Assembly: GCF_002087085.1 (NCBI RefSeq)
Contig: NZ_MWQY01000015.1
Location: forward strand, 62,001-108,797
Reading direction: 5' to 3'
Length of the DNA stretch: 46,797 nucleotides
Shown: in pieces, positions 27,377-35,848 of the stretch
Layout of the letters: each line of letters begins with the position of its first letter
Numbering within the stretch: position 1 is the stretch's first letter
The notes under the pieces: generated by a model
Database searches by the model: none
Told to the model about the DNA's origin: nothing
What the model saw: only the letters and a program-made list of their open reading frames with translations
Translations under genes and position numbers: made by a program

Positions 27377-28491
27377 TGAGCTGAAACCCCTTCGGCTCTG
27401 GGAAGGTCGCCTTCTGAACCCGCGAGCTGTTCAATGTCCCGGAGGTTCACCTGGCCCACCAGCTGCCATTCCCGGTTCAGGACCGGTAGATTGCGGATGC
27501 CCTGGCCCATCATCCTGGAAAGGGCGGTCCTGAGGCTGGAGGTCTCGAAAACCGCAAGCTCCGCGGCGGTTACCCGGGTAACCTCCTCTGCTCCGAGCTC
27601 TTCTGCAGGTTTTCTCCCCTCAAGTTCCGCCCATCCGTTCAGGTAGCCTTCCCTGCTGACAACCCAGACATAGGCCTTGTCCCGGGCTTCCGGGGGAACC
27701 GGCTCGCCGACCCGGGCGGGATAGACCGGCTGCATGATGTCCCTGAGGGAGAAGAGAGAGAGCCGTTTGATCGCCCGGTCGGCACCGATAAAATCCCGTA
27801 CAAAACGGCCTGCCGGTTTCTGCAGAATCTCCTCCGGTGCGCCGGCCTGTACGACCTTTCCGTCCCTCATGATTACCAGGTGGTCCGCCAGCCGGACAGC
27901 CTCGTCGATATCGTGGGTTACGAAGACCACAGTTTTCTGCACCTTGGACTGGATCGCCGCGAACTCATCCTGCAGGACCGAACGGTTCAGGGGGTCTACG
28001 GCGCCGAAGGGTTCGTCCATCAGCAGGATCTCCGGGTCCGCCGCCAGGGCCCTGGCAACACCCACCCGCTGGGCCTCTCCGCCGGAGAGCTCATGGGGAT
28101 ACTTTCCGCGGTACCCGTCGGATAGGCCGATCAGCTTCATCAGCTCCCCAAGGCGTTCGGCTTTTTTCCGGTCAGGCCATTTCAGGAGCCGTGGAACGAT
28201 GAGGATGTTCTCTTCCACGGTAAAGTGGGGAAAGAGACCGATCTCCTGGATGACATAGCCGATTCCCAGGCGAAGCTGGTGGGGGGATCTGCTTAAGACC
28301 GGGCTGCCGTCAATCAGGATCTGTCCGTCATCGGGGTCGATCATTCTGTTTATCAGCTTGAGGAAGGTGGACTTGCCGCAGCCGGAAGGGCCTATTATGA
28401 CGCTGATTTTGCCCGTGGGCAGTTCAATGTCCACCCCCGCAAGGGCCTGCTTTTCATCGTAGGATTTATGGATTCCTTCAAAGCGTATCAT
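27373..28491 (-). CDS. Osmoprotectant ABC transporter ATPase with C-terminal CBS-like region (YehX-like)
   Basis: Walker A GPSGCGKS, LSGGEAQR, LLMDEPFGAVD and VTHDIDEA. Confidence 0.94.
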   Translation of the reverse strand: MIRFEGIHKSYDEKQALAGVDIELPTGKISVIIGPSGCGKSTFLKLINRMIDPDDGQILIDGSPVLSRSPHQLRLGIGYVIQEIGLFPHFTVEENILIVPRLLKWPDRKKAERLGELMKLIGLSDGYRGKYPHELSGGEAQRVGVARALAADPEILLMDEPFGAVDPLNRSVLQDEFAAIQSKVQKTVVFVTHDIDEAVRLADHLVIMRDGKVVQAGAPEEILQKPAGRFVRDFIGADRAIKRLSLFSLRDIMQPVYPARVGEPVPPEARDKAYVWVVSREGYLNGWAELEGRKPAEELGAEEVTRVTAAELAVFETSSLRTALSRMMGQGIRNLPVLNREWQLVGQVNLRDIEQLAGSEGDLPRAEGVSAQ

Positions 28492-29647
28492 TCTCTCTCC
28501 TGAAGGGTTTCGGGGTTAACAGGTATTCCAGCAGTTTGAGTCCCTTGTCGGCCCCCACTGTTATGGCGATCAGCGGCACGACCCCCAGCAGAATCAGATC
28601 CGGCGCCGCCTGTCCAAGGCCCTGAAATACAAAATATCCAAGGCCCCCCGCTCCGATCAGGGCAGCCACGGTGGTGTTCCCGATGGCCTGAACAAAGGCG
28701 ATACGCAGGCCGCCTAACAGGACCGGCAGAGCCAGAGGAAGTTCAACCAGAGAAAGGAGCCGCAGGGGACTCATCCCCATACCTCTGCCCGCCTGGACTG
28801 CTCCTGCGGGTATGACCTTGAGACCGGTATAGGTGTTACGCAGGATCGGAAGGGCAGCATATCCGCTCAGGGCGATCAGGGCGGGAAAGTTCCCCACCCC
28901 TTTTATTCCCATTTCCCGGAGAAGGGGAAAGCGCATGGAGAGCCACGATAGGGGCGCTATCATGAGGCCGAACAGGGCAAGGCTCGGCAGGGTCTGGATT
29001 ATATTTGCTCCGGCGAAAGCGGGCCTGGAAAAGGCGGGAAGCCGGTGGGCGGCGATCCCTGCGGGTACGGCGACAAGGGCTGCAATGAGGGTTGCACTTC
29101 CGGCCAGGGAGAGGTGAGCCCGGACCTCGGAAAAGAAGCGTTCCTCCTTGACCGCGAACTCCCGGACCGGTCCGAAAACATCCAGAGCTCCGCTCAGAAG
29201 AAAAAACAGGGCCACTCCGAGCACCATTATAAGGCTTGAGGATGAACGCTTGAGGGAACTGCCGTAGATATACCCGGTCAGTATCCAGCCCCAAAGGCCC
29301 CAGGATCCACCCATGCGGGCGGTGGCGGCCTCCGCCGGGGGAATATGTCCGGATGACAGACTGAGAACCAGCAGGGCCGCGGCACTGATGAGCGCCGGGA
29401 CGTAGAGTTCCAACCACGATAATCCGGGGCGTGCAGAAAGAAGGGTCAGCACTGCAAGGCCGACGGGAAGCAGCAGAAGGGCCGGATGTATTTCCCAGAT
29501 ATACACCGGAACACCCTCTGCGACCCGGTTGGGGGAATAGCCCAGAAAAGGCAGCAGTGTAAATATGCCGATAACAGCCGCGGTCAGTCCCGCGGTTATT
29601 CTTCTGCGGCCCACGTCCGGTTTATTTGAGCAGGCCGGAGTCCGCAA
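28478..29647 (-). CDS. Osmoprotectant ABC transporter permease (YehY-like; start uncertain)
   Basis: Extended N-terminal TM domain (PNRVAEG), QTLPSLALFG and AGRGMGM...VELPLALP. Confidence 0.88.
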   Translation of the reverse strand: MRTPACSNKPDVGRRRITAGLTAAVIGIFTLLPFLGYSPNRVAEGVPVYIWEIHPALLLLPVGLAVLTLLSARPGLSWLELYVPALISAAALLVLSLSSGHIPPAEAATARMGGSWGLWGWILTGYIYGSSLKRSSSSLIMVLGVALFFLLSGALDVFGPVREFAVKEERFFSEVRAHLSLAGSATLIAALVAVPAGIAAHRLPAFSRPAFAGANIIQTLPSLALFGLMIAPLSWLSMRFPLLREMGIKGVGNFPALIALSGYAALPILRNTYTGLKVIPAGAVQAGRGMGMSPLRLLSLVELPLALPVLLGGLRIAFVQAIGNTTVAALIGAGGLGYFVFQGLGQAAPDLILLGVVPLIAITVGADKGLKLLEYLLTPKPFRRENDTL

Positions 29648-30557
29648 GCCACTCTTCTGCGACAGTCTCGGCGCTCATGCCTTCGACGGCGATTTTGGCA
29701 TTGAGCTTCTGCAGGGTGACCAGGTCAAGTTTGCCGAAGACGGGGTTCAGCAGATCGGCTATTTCAGGATAGCGGTCCAGTACTTCCTTTCGGATAATCG
29801 GGGCGGGTTCGTATACCGGCTGAACCCCTCTGGAGTCTTCCATTACAACGAGCCCCAGGGCCGCCAGCTGGCCGTCGGTACCGTAGGCCATGGCAGCGTT
29901 GACGCCGCTGGTGCCCCTGCTTGCGGCCTGTTCGGTGGTTGCGGTATTGCCTCCCGACAGAATCAGCATCTGATCCTCGGAAAGGGAGAAGCCGTAGGCT
30001 TTCTCGAAGGCCGGCAGGGCATCCGGTCTGGTGGCAAACTCTTCGCTGCCGGCTATCTTGAATTTCCCACCGGAATTGATATAGTCCGCCAGATCTTCCA
30101 GGCTTTTAAGCTTGTTCGGTTCTGCGATATCCCGGCGGATAGCGATGGCCCAGGTATTGTTGGCGGGCGCGGGCTGCAGCCATACCAGATTGTTCTGTTC
30201 CAGGTCGAGTTTCTTTACCAGTTCATAACCGGCTTCCCGGTCCTTCCAGACATCAGAGGGGGTGTCGGAAAAGAAGAAACCCCCGTTCCCGGTATATTCC
30301 GGATAGATATCGATTTCCCCTGCAATAATCGCCTTGCGGACCACATCGGTGGGACCGAACTCGGTACGGTTGTCCACGGCGAAACCGTTCTCGTCCAGGA
30401 CCTTCATGATCATGTTCCCCAGCAGTGCGCCTTCGGTGTCTATTTTCGAGGCAACTGTGATCGGTCCTTTGGCGGTCTGCGATTCTTCACTCCCCCCGGC
30501 GGGAAATACTGTATTGACAGCCAGGGTAATTAAAATCAATGCTGTTAACCGTTTCAT
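29622..30557 (-). CDS. Osmoprotectant ABC transporter substrate-binding protein (YehZ/OsmF-like)
   Basis: VASKIDTEGALLG, DIYPEYTGNG, PANNTWAIA, AYGTDG and QPVYEPAP. Confidence 0.93.
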   Translation of the reverse strand: MKRLTALILITLAVNTVFPAGGSEESQTAKGPITVASKIDTEGALLGNMIMKVLDENGFAVDNRTEFGPTDVVRKAIIAGEIDIYPEYTGNGGFFFSDTPSDVWKDREAGYELVKKLDLEQNNLVWLQPAPANNTWAIAIRRDIAEPNKLKSLEDLADYINSGGKFKIAGSEEFATRPDALPAFEKAYGFSLSEDQMLILSGGNTATTEQAASRGTSGVNAAMAYGTDGQLAALGLVVMEDSRGVQPVYEPAPIIRKEVLDRYPEIADLLNPVFGKLDLVTLQKLNAKIAVEGMSAETVAEEWLADSGLLK

Positions 30558-30765
30558 CGCTATTACTCCTTTTTCTCGGTTGTCCTGGGACAGCTCCAGT
30601 CCTCCGGCTCCGTTCAGCTTCGTTTCAGGAACGGTAAAGCTGTCTCCTTGCTTGGCCTGTTTGTACTAAACATAAGAAACGTCGGAGCATTTGGCCAGAA
30701 AAAATGAAAATTCCGGTGGAGAGGTGATATTCTTGTGAATATCGATTCCATTTTACGAGGTTGAT

Positions 30766-32325
30766 GTGAAAAAATTGTCTATTTCAGTTCTGCTGCTGTT
30801 CGTTTTTTTCTCCGGAACCGTGCTTGTGGGGCAGACCGGCCCGTCTGATACCGGCAGCGATCCGAGCCATCAGGCCCTGAGCTGGATGGTTGACGAAGTC
30901 GCAGGAATGCTTGTCCGGGAACTGGGTGGTGACGGTCCGGCGGCGGATATTCACGTGCGGGGGATCACCATGCAGGATACCCCGGTTCTGCTGGGGGACT
31001 ACCTTGCAGCCTCCCTTCCAGTCAGAATGAGCAGGCGTTCCGGACACAGTATCTCAGTGTACAGTCGTCCCGGGGCGGGATTCTACAGCATATCCGGAAA
31101 GGTTTTCCGGATCGGGGATGCCCTGGATCTGTTCATCACGCTTCATGATCAGGATGGGAGGGTTGTCACCGGAAAAGAGCTGCGTCTTCCTCTTTCTCCC
31201 GGTCTTGAAGAGCTGCTGGTCCCGGCGAATTACGGGGGCGGCGGAGACCTGTACGAACCGGATTCCGGTTCGAGTCCCCTGGTATTGAGTCCGGGAGATG
31301 TTCTGGATGACAGGACCCTGGATCCGGAAGGGGACAGGGACTGGTTTGCCTTCACCCTGCCTGAAAACGCAGAGCCTTCAATTCTCACTGTCCAGAGCAC
31401 CGGAGATCTCGATACCTATATCGAAGTCTACAGAAACGGAGACTTGACGGACCCAGTACTGGAAAACGACGATTCCGATGATCAGAACGCACGGGTTTCC
31501 GTGGATATAGCTCCCGGGGAGACCATAGTCATAGCCCTGAGGGGGTACGATGACTCGGAAACGGGTTCCTACAAACTTATCAGCCGCTTCGAGGAGTTCG
31601 GTCCCGATGCGAGCGAACCGAACAACCGTATGGAGGATGCCCTGTCCCTGGAAATCGGCGGCGGAGAGGAGTCTTTCCATATCTTTCCCTCCGGCGACCT
31701 GGACTGGTACAGAATACAAGTACCCCGCACCCGGGAAGAGGCGTATCTGAACATCGAAACCGGGGGGGACCTGGACACCTTTATGGAACTCTACAGCGCG
31801 GACGGGGATCTTCTTGTCTCCGACGATGACGGGGGAGGGGATGTTCAGGCCCGGATTGCCTATGGTCCTGTACACGGAAGCGAAACATTTTTTGTGAAGG
31901 TCCGGCACTACGAACAGGGCGGAACAGGGGCATACAGCCTCTCCGCCGATTTCTTTGAGCCTGCCTACGATGAGTATGAACCCGATAACGGCTGGGAAGA
32001 GGCCTCGGAGCTGGAACTCCCGGGATCCGGGGATACCCTGAGCCGGAACTACCTTTTTTCTACCCCCGGGGATTCGGACTGGGTCAGGTTCACCCTTCAA
32101 AAAGGTCAAAGACTCATTCTGAGAACCGAGGGGGCGGCGGATACCTATCTGACCCTCTACGATGAGAACCGTCGAATACTCCAGGAAAGTGACGACGACG
32201 GCGAGGAGTACAACGGCCGCATTGAGTACTCCCTTGCCCCCGGCACCTACCGGCTGGAGACCAGGCAGTATCAGGAAGATGCCCGTGAGGGTGTCGATTA
32301 CCGGCTCCTGATTACCGCGGAATAG
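30766..32325 (+). CDS. Secreted protein with an N-terminal alpha/beta domain and three PPC-like (pre-peptidase C-terminal) repeats
   Basis: Signal peptide; three ~120-aa units of the form D-x-x-E-P-[DN]...D-x-D-W...DTY/F-x-x-x-Y...DD...Y-x-L; highly acidic. Confidence 0.78.
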   Translation: MKKLSISVLLLFVFFSGTVLVGQTGPSDTGSDPSHQALSWMVDEVAGMLVRELGGDGPAADIHVRGITMQDTPVLLGDYLAASLPVRMSRRSGHSISVYSRPGAGFYSISGKVFRIGDALDLFITLHDQDGRVVTGKELRLPLSPGLEELLVPANYGGGGDLYEPDSGSSPLVLSPGDVLDDRTLDPEGDRDWFAFTLPENAEPSILTVQSTGDLDTYIEVYRNGDLTDPVLENDDSDDQNARVSVDIAPGETIVIALRGYDDSETGSYKLISRFEEFGPDASEPNNRMEDALSLEIGGGEESFHIFPSGDLDWYRIQVPRTREEAYLNIETGGDLDTFMELYSADGDLLVSDDDGGGDVQARIAYGPVHGSETFFVKVRHYEQGGTGAYSLSADFFEPAYDEYEPDNGWEEASELELPGSGDTLSRNYLFSTPGDSDWVRFTLQKGQRLILRTEGAADTYLTLYDENRRILQESDDDGEEYNGRIEYSLAPGTYRLETRQYQEDAREGVDYRLLITAE

Positions 32326-32379
32326 TTCTTTTCTTTTTCTTCCTGTCTGGTTATGCTGGAAACAGCAAGGAGGAGTTGT

Positions 32380-33366
32380 ATGTCAGAACTTACCTGGGGA
32401 GTCCTCTCGGTCTCCGGACATTATCGTCAGCGTATTCAGTTGCCCCTGCGGGATTCATCCCTGGTCAAGGTGGCGGCGATTGCTTCCCGTTCCAGGGAAC
32501 GCGCAGAAGCGGCTGCGGCGGAATTCGGAATACCGAAGGCCTTTGCTTCCTATGAGGACCTTCTGGCGGATCCCGAAATCCGGGCGGTGTACATTCCCCT
32601 TCCGAACAGCATGCATGCCGAATGGGTCCGTAAAGCCGCCGACGCGGGGAAGCACATCCTCTGTGAAAAGCCCTTTACCATGAACGCCGACGAGACCGCT
32701 GCTGCCGTCGAGTATGCCCGGTCCAGGGGCGTCAAGGTTATGGAGGCCTTCATGTACCGCCTGCATCCCCAGTGGAAACGGGTGCGGGACCTGGTAAAGG
32801 TCGGTGAGATAGGCGATGTGCACGGTGTAAATGTCTTTTTCTCCTACAATAACCAGGACCCTTCGAATATCCGCAACCGGAAAGAGGTCGGCGGCGGGGC
32901 CCTGTACGACATCGGCTGCTACGCCGTAAGTTCCTCCCGCTTCATCCTGGACAGGGAACCGGAAAGAGTCGTAAGCCGGATAGTCCGGGACCCCGATTTC
33001 GGCACCGACATACTGACCTCCGCCATAATGGACTTCGGCGGCCCCCGGGCCACCTTTACAGTGGGCACCCAGTCAGCCCCCTTTCAGCGGGTCGACGTCC
33101 TCGGCTCAAAAGGCAGCCTGACAGTCCACCTGCCCTTCAACATGTACCCCGACGTCCCCGCGAAAATCACCGTAACAACCAGCATCGGCAGCAGGGACAT
33201 CCTGTTTCCCCCGCGGGACCAGTACGCCGAACTCTTTGAGCAGTTTTCCCTGGCAGTCCTGGAGGATCGCCCCGTCCCCACCCCTCCCCAGGACGCGGTT
33301 GAGAACCAGAAGGTACTGGATGCGATCTTCCGGTCTGCAGAAACCGGCCAATGGGAAACGGTATAG
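32380..33366 (+). CDS. Gfo/Idh/MocA-family oxidoreductase
   Basis: YIPLPNSMHAEW, GKHILCEKP, MEAFMYR and GGGALYDIGCY. ATG 32380 has an AGGAGG RBS. Confidence 0.94.
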   Translation: MSELTWGVLSVSGHYRQRIQLPLRDSSLVKVAAIASRSRERAEAAAAEFGIPKAFASYEDLLADPEIRAVYIPLPNSMHAEWVRKAADAGKHILCEKPFTMNADETAAAVEYARSRGVKVMEAFMYRLHPQWKRVRDLVKVGEIGDVHGVNVFFSYNNQDPSNIRNRKEVGGGALYDIGCYAVSSSRFILDREPERVVSRIVRDPDFGTDILTSAIMDFGGPRATFTVGTQSAPFQRVDVLGSKGSLTVHLPFNMYPDVPAKITVTTSIGSRDILFPPRDQYAELFEQFSLAVLEDRPVPTPPQDAVENQKVLDAIFRSAETGQWETV

Positions 33367-33653
33367 GCGTCCTGGGGAGGGTGCGAGGATGAGTGAAGCG
33401 GCGGCTGTGCCGTCGCTGAACGACAGGCCGAGCGGAGCCGGAGGACAAAGTCCGATGGCGACCGTGAAAGAGACGCGGTTGAGAACCAGAAGGTACTGGA
33501 TGCGATCTTCCGATCAGCAGAAACCGGACAATGGGAAACGGTATAGGCGTCCTGGGGAGGGTGCGCGGAAGAGTGAAGCGGCGGCTGTGCCGTCGCTGAA
33601 CGACAGGCCGAGCGGAGTCGGAGGACAAAGTCCGATGGCGACCGTGAAAGAGA
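33292..33653. repeat. 180-bp tandem duplication: last 75 nt of the oxidoreductase gene plus ~105 nt of downstream structured sequence
   Basis: 33292-33473 aligns with 33472-33653 with 6 mismatches (33333, 33336, 33348, 33386, 33390, 33438). Confidence 0.97.
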
Positions 33654-33657
33654 AATG

Positions 33658-34077
33658 TCAGTTGTTCTTCTGCGAGCGGAGCAGGGTCGTTTTATAGATG
33701 TGTTCGTTATAGGGTTCGAGGACATGGATCTCCAGCGGTTTGTGATGGATCTCCAGCCACTCTTCCAGGTTGCTCTTCAGTTCCCGCTGGTCATAGCCCA
33801 GGCAGATTACATCGGGACCGGTTTTTTTGAGGATATGATAGCTTCCGATCTCCCTGTCCGCCGGGTAGACCTCGTCCGCCAGGTTTGAATCCCGGAGAAT
33901 CTCCATGCGCTTTTCCATGGGGTCTATAGGCGGGCGGCCTTTCCGCTGCTGTACAAAGTCGTCCCTGGCGACCACGGCAATCAGGCTGTCTCCGAACTGT
34001 CGGGCCTGGGTGAGAAAATAGCGGTGTCCCTGATGAAGCAAATCAAAGGTGCCGAAAACCAGCACTCGTCTATTCAC
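33658..34077 (-). CDS. Cytidylyltransferase-family nucleotidyltransferase, similar to archaeal FAD synthetase RibL
   Basis: FGTFDLLHQGH (HxGH), VVARD and PDVICLGYDQ; GTG start with AAGGAG RBS. Confidence 0.82.
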   Translation of the reverse strand: MNRRVLVFGTFDLLHQGHRYFLTQARQFGDSLIAVVARDDFVQQRKGRPPIDPMEKRMEILRDSNLADEVYPADREIGSYHILKKTGPDVICLGYDQRELKSNLEEWLEIHHKPLEIHVLEPYNEHIYKTTLLRSQKNN

Positions 34078-34274
34078 GGTTCTTCCTTTACCGGATTAAT
34101 GTAGCATATTCCTGTCCATGGGGTCAAAGCCCGCAGCAAGTTCTTATAGGCAGTCAGCTTTACTATACACGCGTAAAGATATCGTCTCGGTAATATACGA
34201 AAACCTTATACCTTTATACTTGATATAAGTAAAATCTATGTGTATTATAAAGATATAGAAATTACTTATACCAA

Positions 34275-35165
34275 ATGGATAAAACGATTGATTTCGAATG
34301 GTATAAGGTGTTCTATGAGGTGGCCCACCGGGGGAGTGTATCCGGCGCGGCGGCTGATCTTGCGGTGAGCCAGCCGGCGGTCAGTCAAAGTATCCGCAAC
34401 CTTGAGCAGGCCTTCGGAACGCGGCTTTTCCATCGGCGTTCACGGGGAGTAGAGCTTACAGAAACTGGGAGGAAGCTCTACTCCTACGTGCGCGAATCCT
34501 ACCGTCTTTTAAAGATGGGCGAGCGGGCCGTTCTTGAACTGCTGGATCTCTCCGCCACGAGTCTCCTTATCGGTGCACCCGAAGACCTGGGAAGCTATCT
34601 TCTAACACCTCTTCTTACGGAGTTCCGGCGGCGTTACTCCGCTGTGGCTCTTCATGCTAGAATCCGGAACAGCAGGGAAATCGTACAGGAAATACGGGAG
34701 GGGAGTCTGGAGGCCGGGTTTGTATCCCTTCCGGTGGACACGGAAGGGCTTGAAGTCAGAGAACTGATGGATGTGGAGGATGTCTTCGCAGCCAGTCCTC
34801 AGTTTGCCGAACTTAAGGATACGAAAATTTCCGCCCCGGAACTGCTGAAGTTACCCCTGGCTGCCCCCTCGGAGAAAAGCAGTCCCCGCAGTATTTTGAA
34901 CAGTTTTCTGCAGCCTCCTGCGAACTGGGTTCCCGCGTATGAGACCGACGGGCCCGAGGGTATCCGCCGTTTTGTCTCCGCGGGCCTGGGTATCGGTTTT
35001 CTTCCCAGGAGCATCCTGGACCTGTCGGCTCCGGAGGAAGACCTCTTCGTGCTGAATCTTTCCGGAGAACTTCCCCTGCGGAAGGTCAGTTTCGTCTACC
35101 GCCGGGATGTTTCTCCCGGCGGAGGACTTGAACTGATGCTGGATCTCATCCGGAATTTTCAATAA
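34275..35165 (+). CDS. LysR-family transcriptional regulator
   Basis: YKVFYEVA...SQPAVSQSIRNLE...LFHRRSRGVELT; upstream ATA-N9-TAT boxes. Confidence 0.93.
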   Translation: MDKTIDFEWYKVFYEVAHRGSVSGAAADLAVSQPAVSQSIRNLEQAFGTRLFHRRSRGVELTETGRKLYSYVRESYRLLKMGERAVLELLDLSATSLLIGAPEDLGSYLLTPLLTEFRRRYSAVALHARIRNSREIVQEIREGSLEAGFVSLPVDTEGLEVRELMDVEDVFAASPQFAELKDTKISAPELLKLPLAAPSEKSSPRSILNSFLQPPANWVPAYETDGPEGIRRFVSAGLGIGFLPRSILDLSAPEEDLFVLNLSGELPLRKVSFVYRRDVSPGGGLELMLDLIRNFQ

Positions 35166-35188
35166 GGGCACCTGAAAAACGAGTAGTA

Positions 35189-35222
35189 TGGACTTTCAAA
35201 ATTATGTGTATTACTATGTGTA
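35189..35222 (+). promoter_or_regulatory. vapBC promoter with direct-repeat operator
   Basis: TGGACT-17 nt-TACTAT; TATGTGTA repeated at 35203-35210 and 35215-35222. Confidence 0.55.
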
Positions 35223-35237
35223 TAGAGGTGAGCGTGA

Positions 35238-35441
35238 ATGAGGACAAACATTGTTCTGGACGATGAACTCGTAAGGGAAGCCTTTAAGTACTCGGATAAT
35301 ATAAAGACCAAGCGGGATCTGATTCAGACTGCCCTTGAGGAGTATGTAAGTATCCGTAAGCGCAAGGACCTGAGGGAGCTGCGGGGAAAGATCACTTTTC
35401 AGGAGGATTATGATTATAAGGCCATGAGGGAGGGATCGTGA
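35238..35441 (+). CDS. vapB: VapB-family antitoxin
   Basis: MRTNIVLDDELVREA...TKRDLIQTALEEYV; overlaps the PIN gene (GTGA). Confidence 0.92.
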   Translation: MRTNIVLDDELVREAFKYSDNIKTKRDLIQTALEEYVSIRKRKDLRELRGKITFQEDYDYKAMREGS

Positions 35442-35848
35442 TCCTGGTTGATACCTCGGTACTGATTGGTTACCTCAAAGGTTCAAGGGGTAAGACTTAT
35501 GATCTGCTTGATGAAATTATCGACAGGGAGATACCCTTCGGAATCAACTACTATATCTACCAGGAGTTGCTTCAGGGAGCAAAGGATGAGACGGAATATT
35601 CCCGGTTACAGGAATATCTGGGGTCTCTGCCCTTTTATCATTTAAAGGACGGAAAACTCTCTTTCGAGAAAGCTGCCCGCATGTATTTTATATGCAGAAG
35701 AAGGGGTATTACTGTCCGGAGCAGCATTGAACTGTTGATAGCGGAAACGGCTATAGAAAACGATCTGTACCTGCATCACAATGATACTGACTATATTGAT
35801 ATTGCCGGTATTTTCACGGAGCTGAAATTATATTCGGGCACCTCTTAG
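35438..35848 (+). CDS. vapC: VapC-family PIN-domain toxin
   Basis: MILVDTSVLI, YQELLQGA, RRRGITVRSSIELLIA and HNDTDY. Confidence 0.92.
   Translation: MILVDTSVLIGYLKGSRGKTYDLLDEIIDREIPFGINYYIYQELLQGAKDETEYSRLQEYLGSLPFYHLKDGKLSFEKAARMYFICRRRGITVRSSIELLIAETAIENDLYLHHNDTDYIDIAGIFTELKLYSGTS

Noticed and set aside
33292..33653. Diversity-generating retroelement TR/VR pair (4 of 6 mismatches are A in copy 2)
   Set aside because: No reverse transcriptase in the window, two mismatches are not at adenines, the coding changes are silent, and the target is an ordinary oxidoreductase C-terminus.
33292..33653. CRISPR array
   Set aside because: Only two 180-bp units, no unique spacers and no cas genes.
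33084..33725. ORFs of 153-213 aa spanning the repeat
   Set aside because: By-products of an in-phase 180-bp repeat overlapping real genes; no recognisable motifs.
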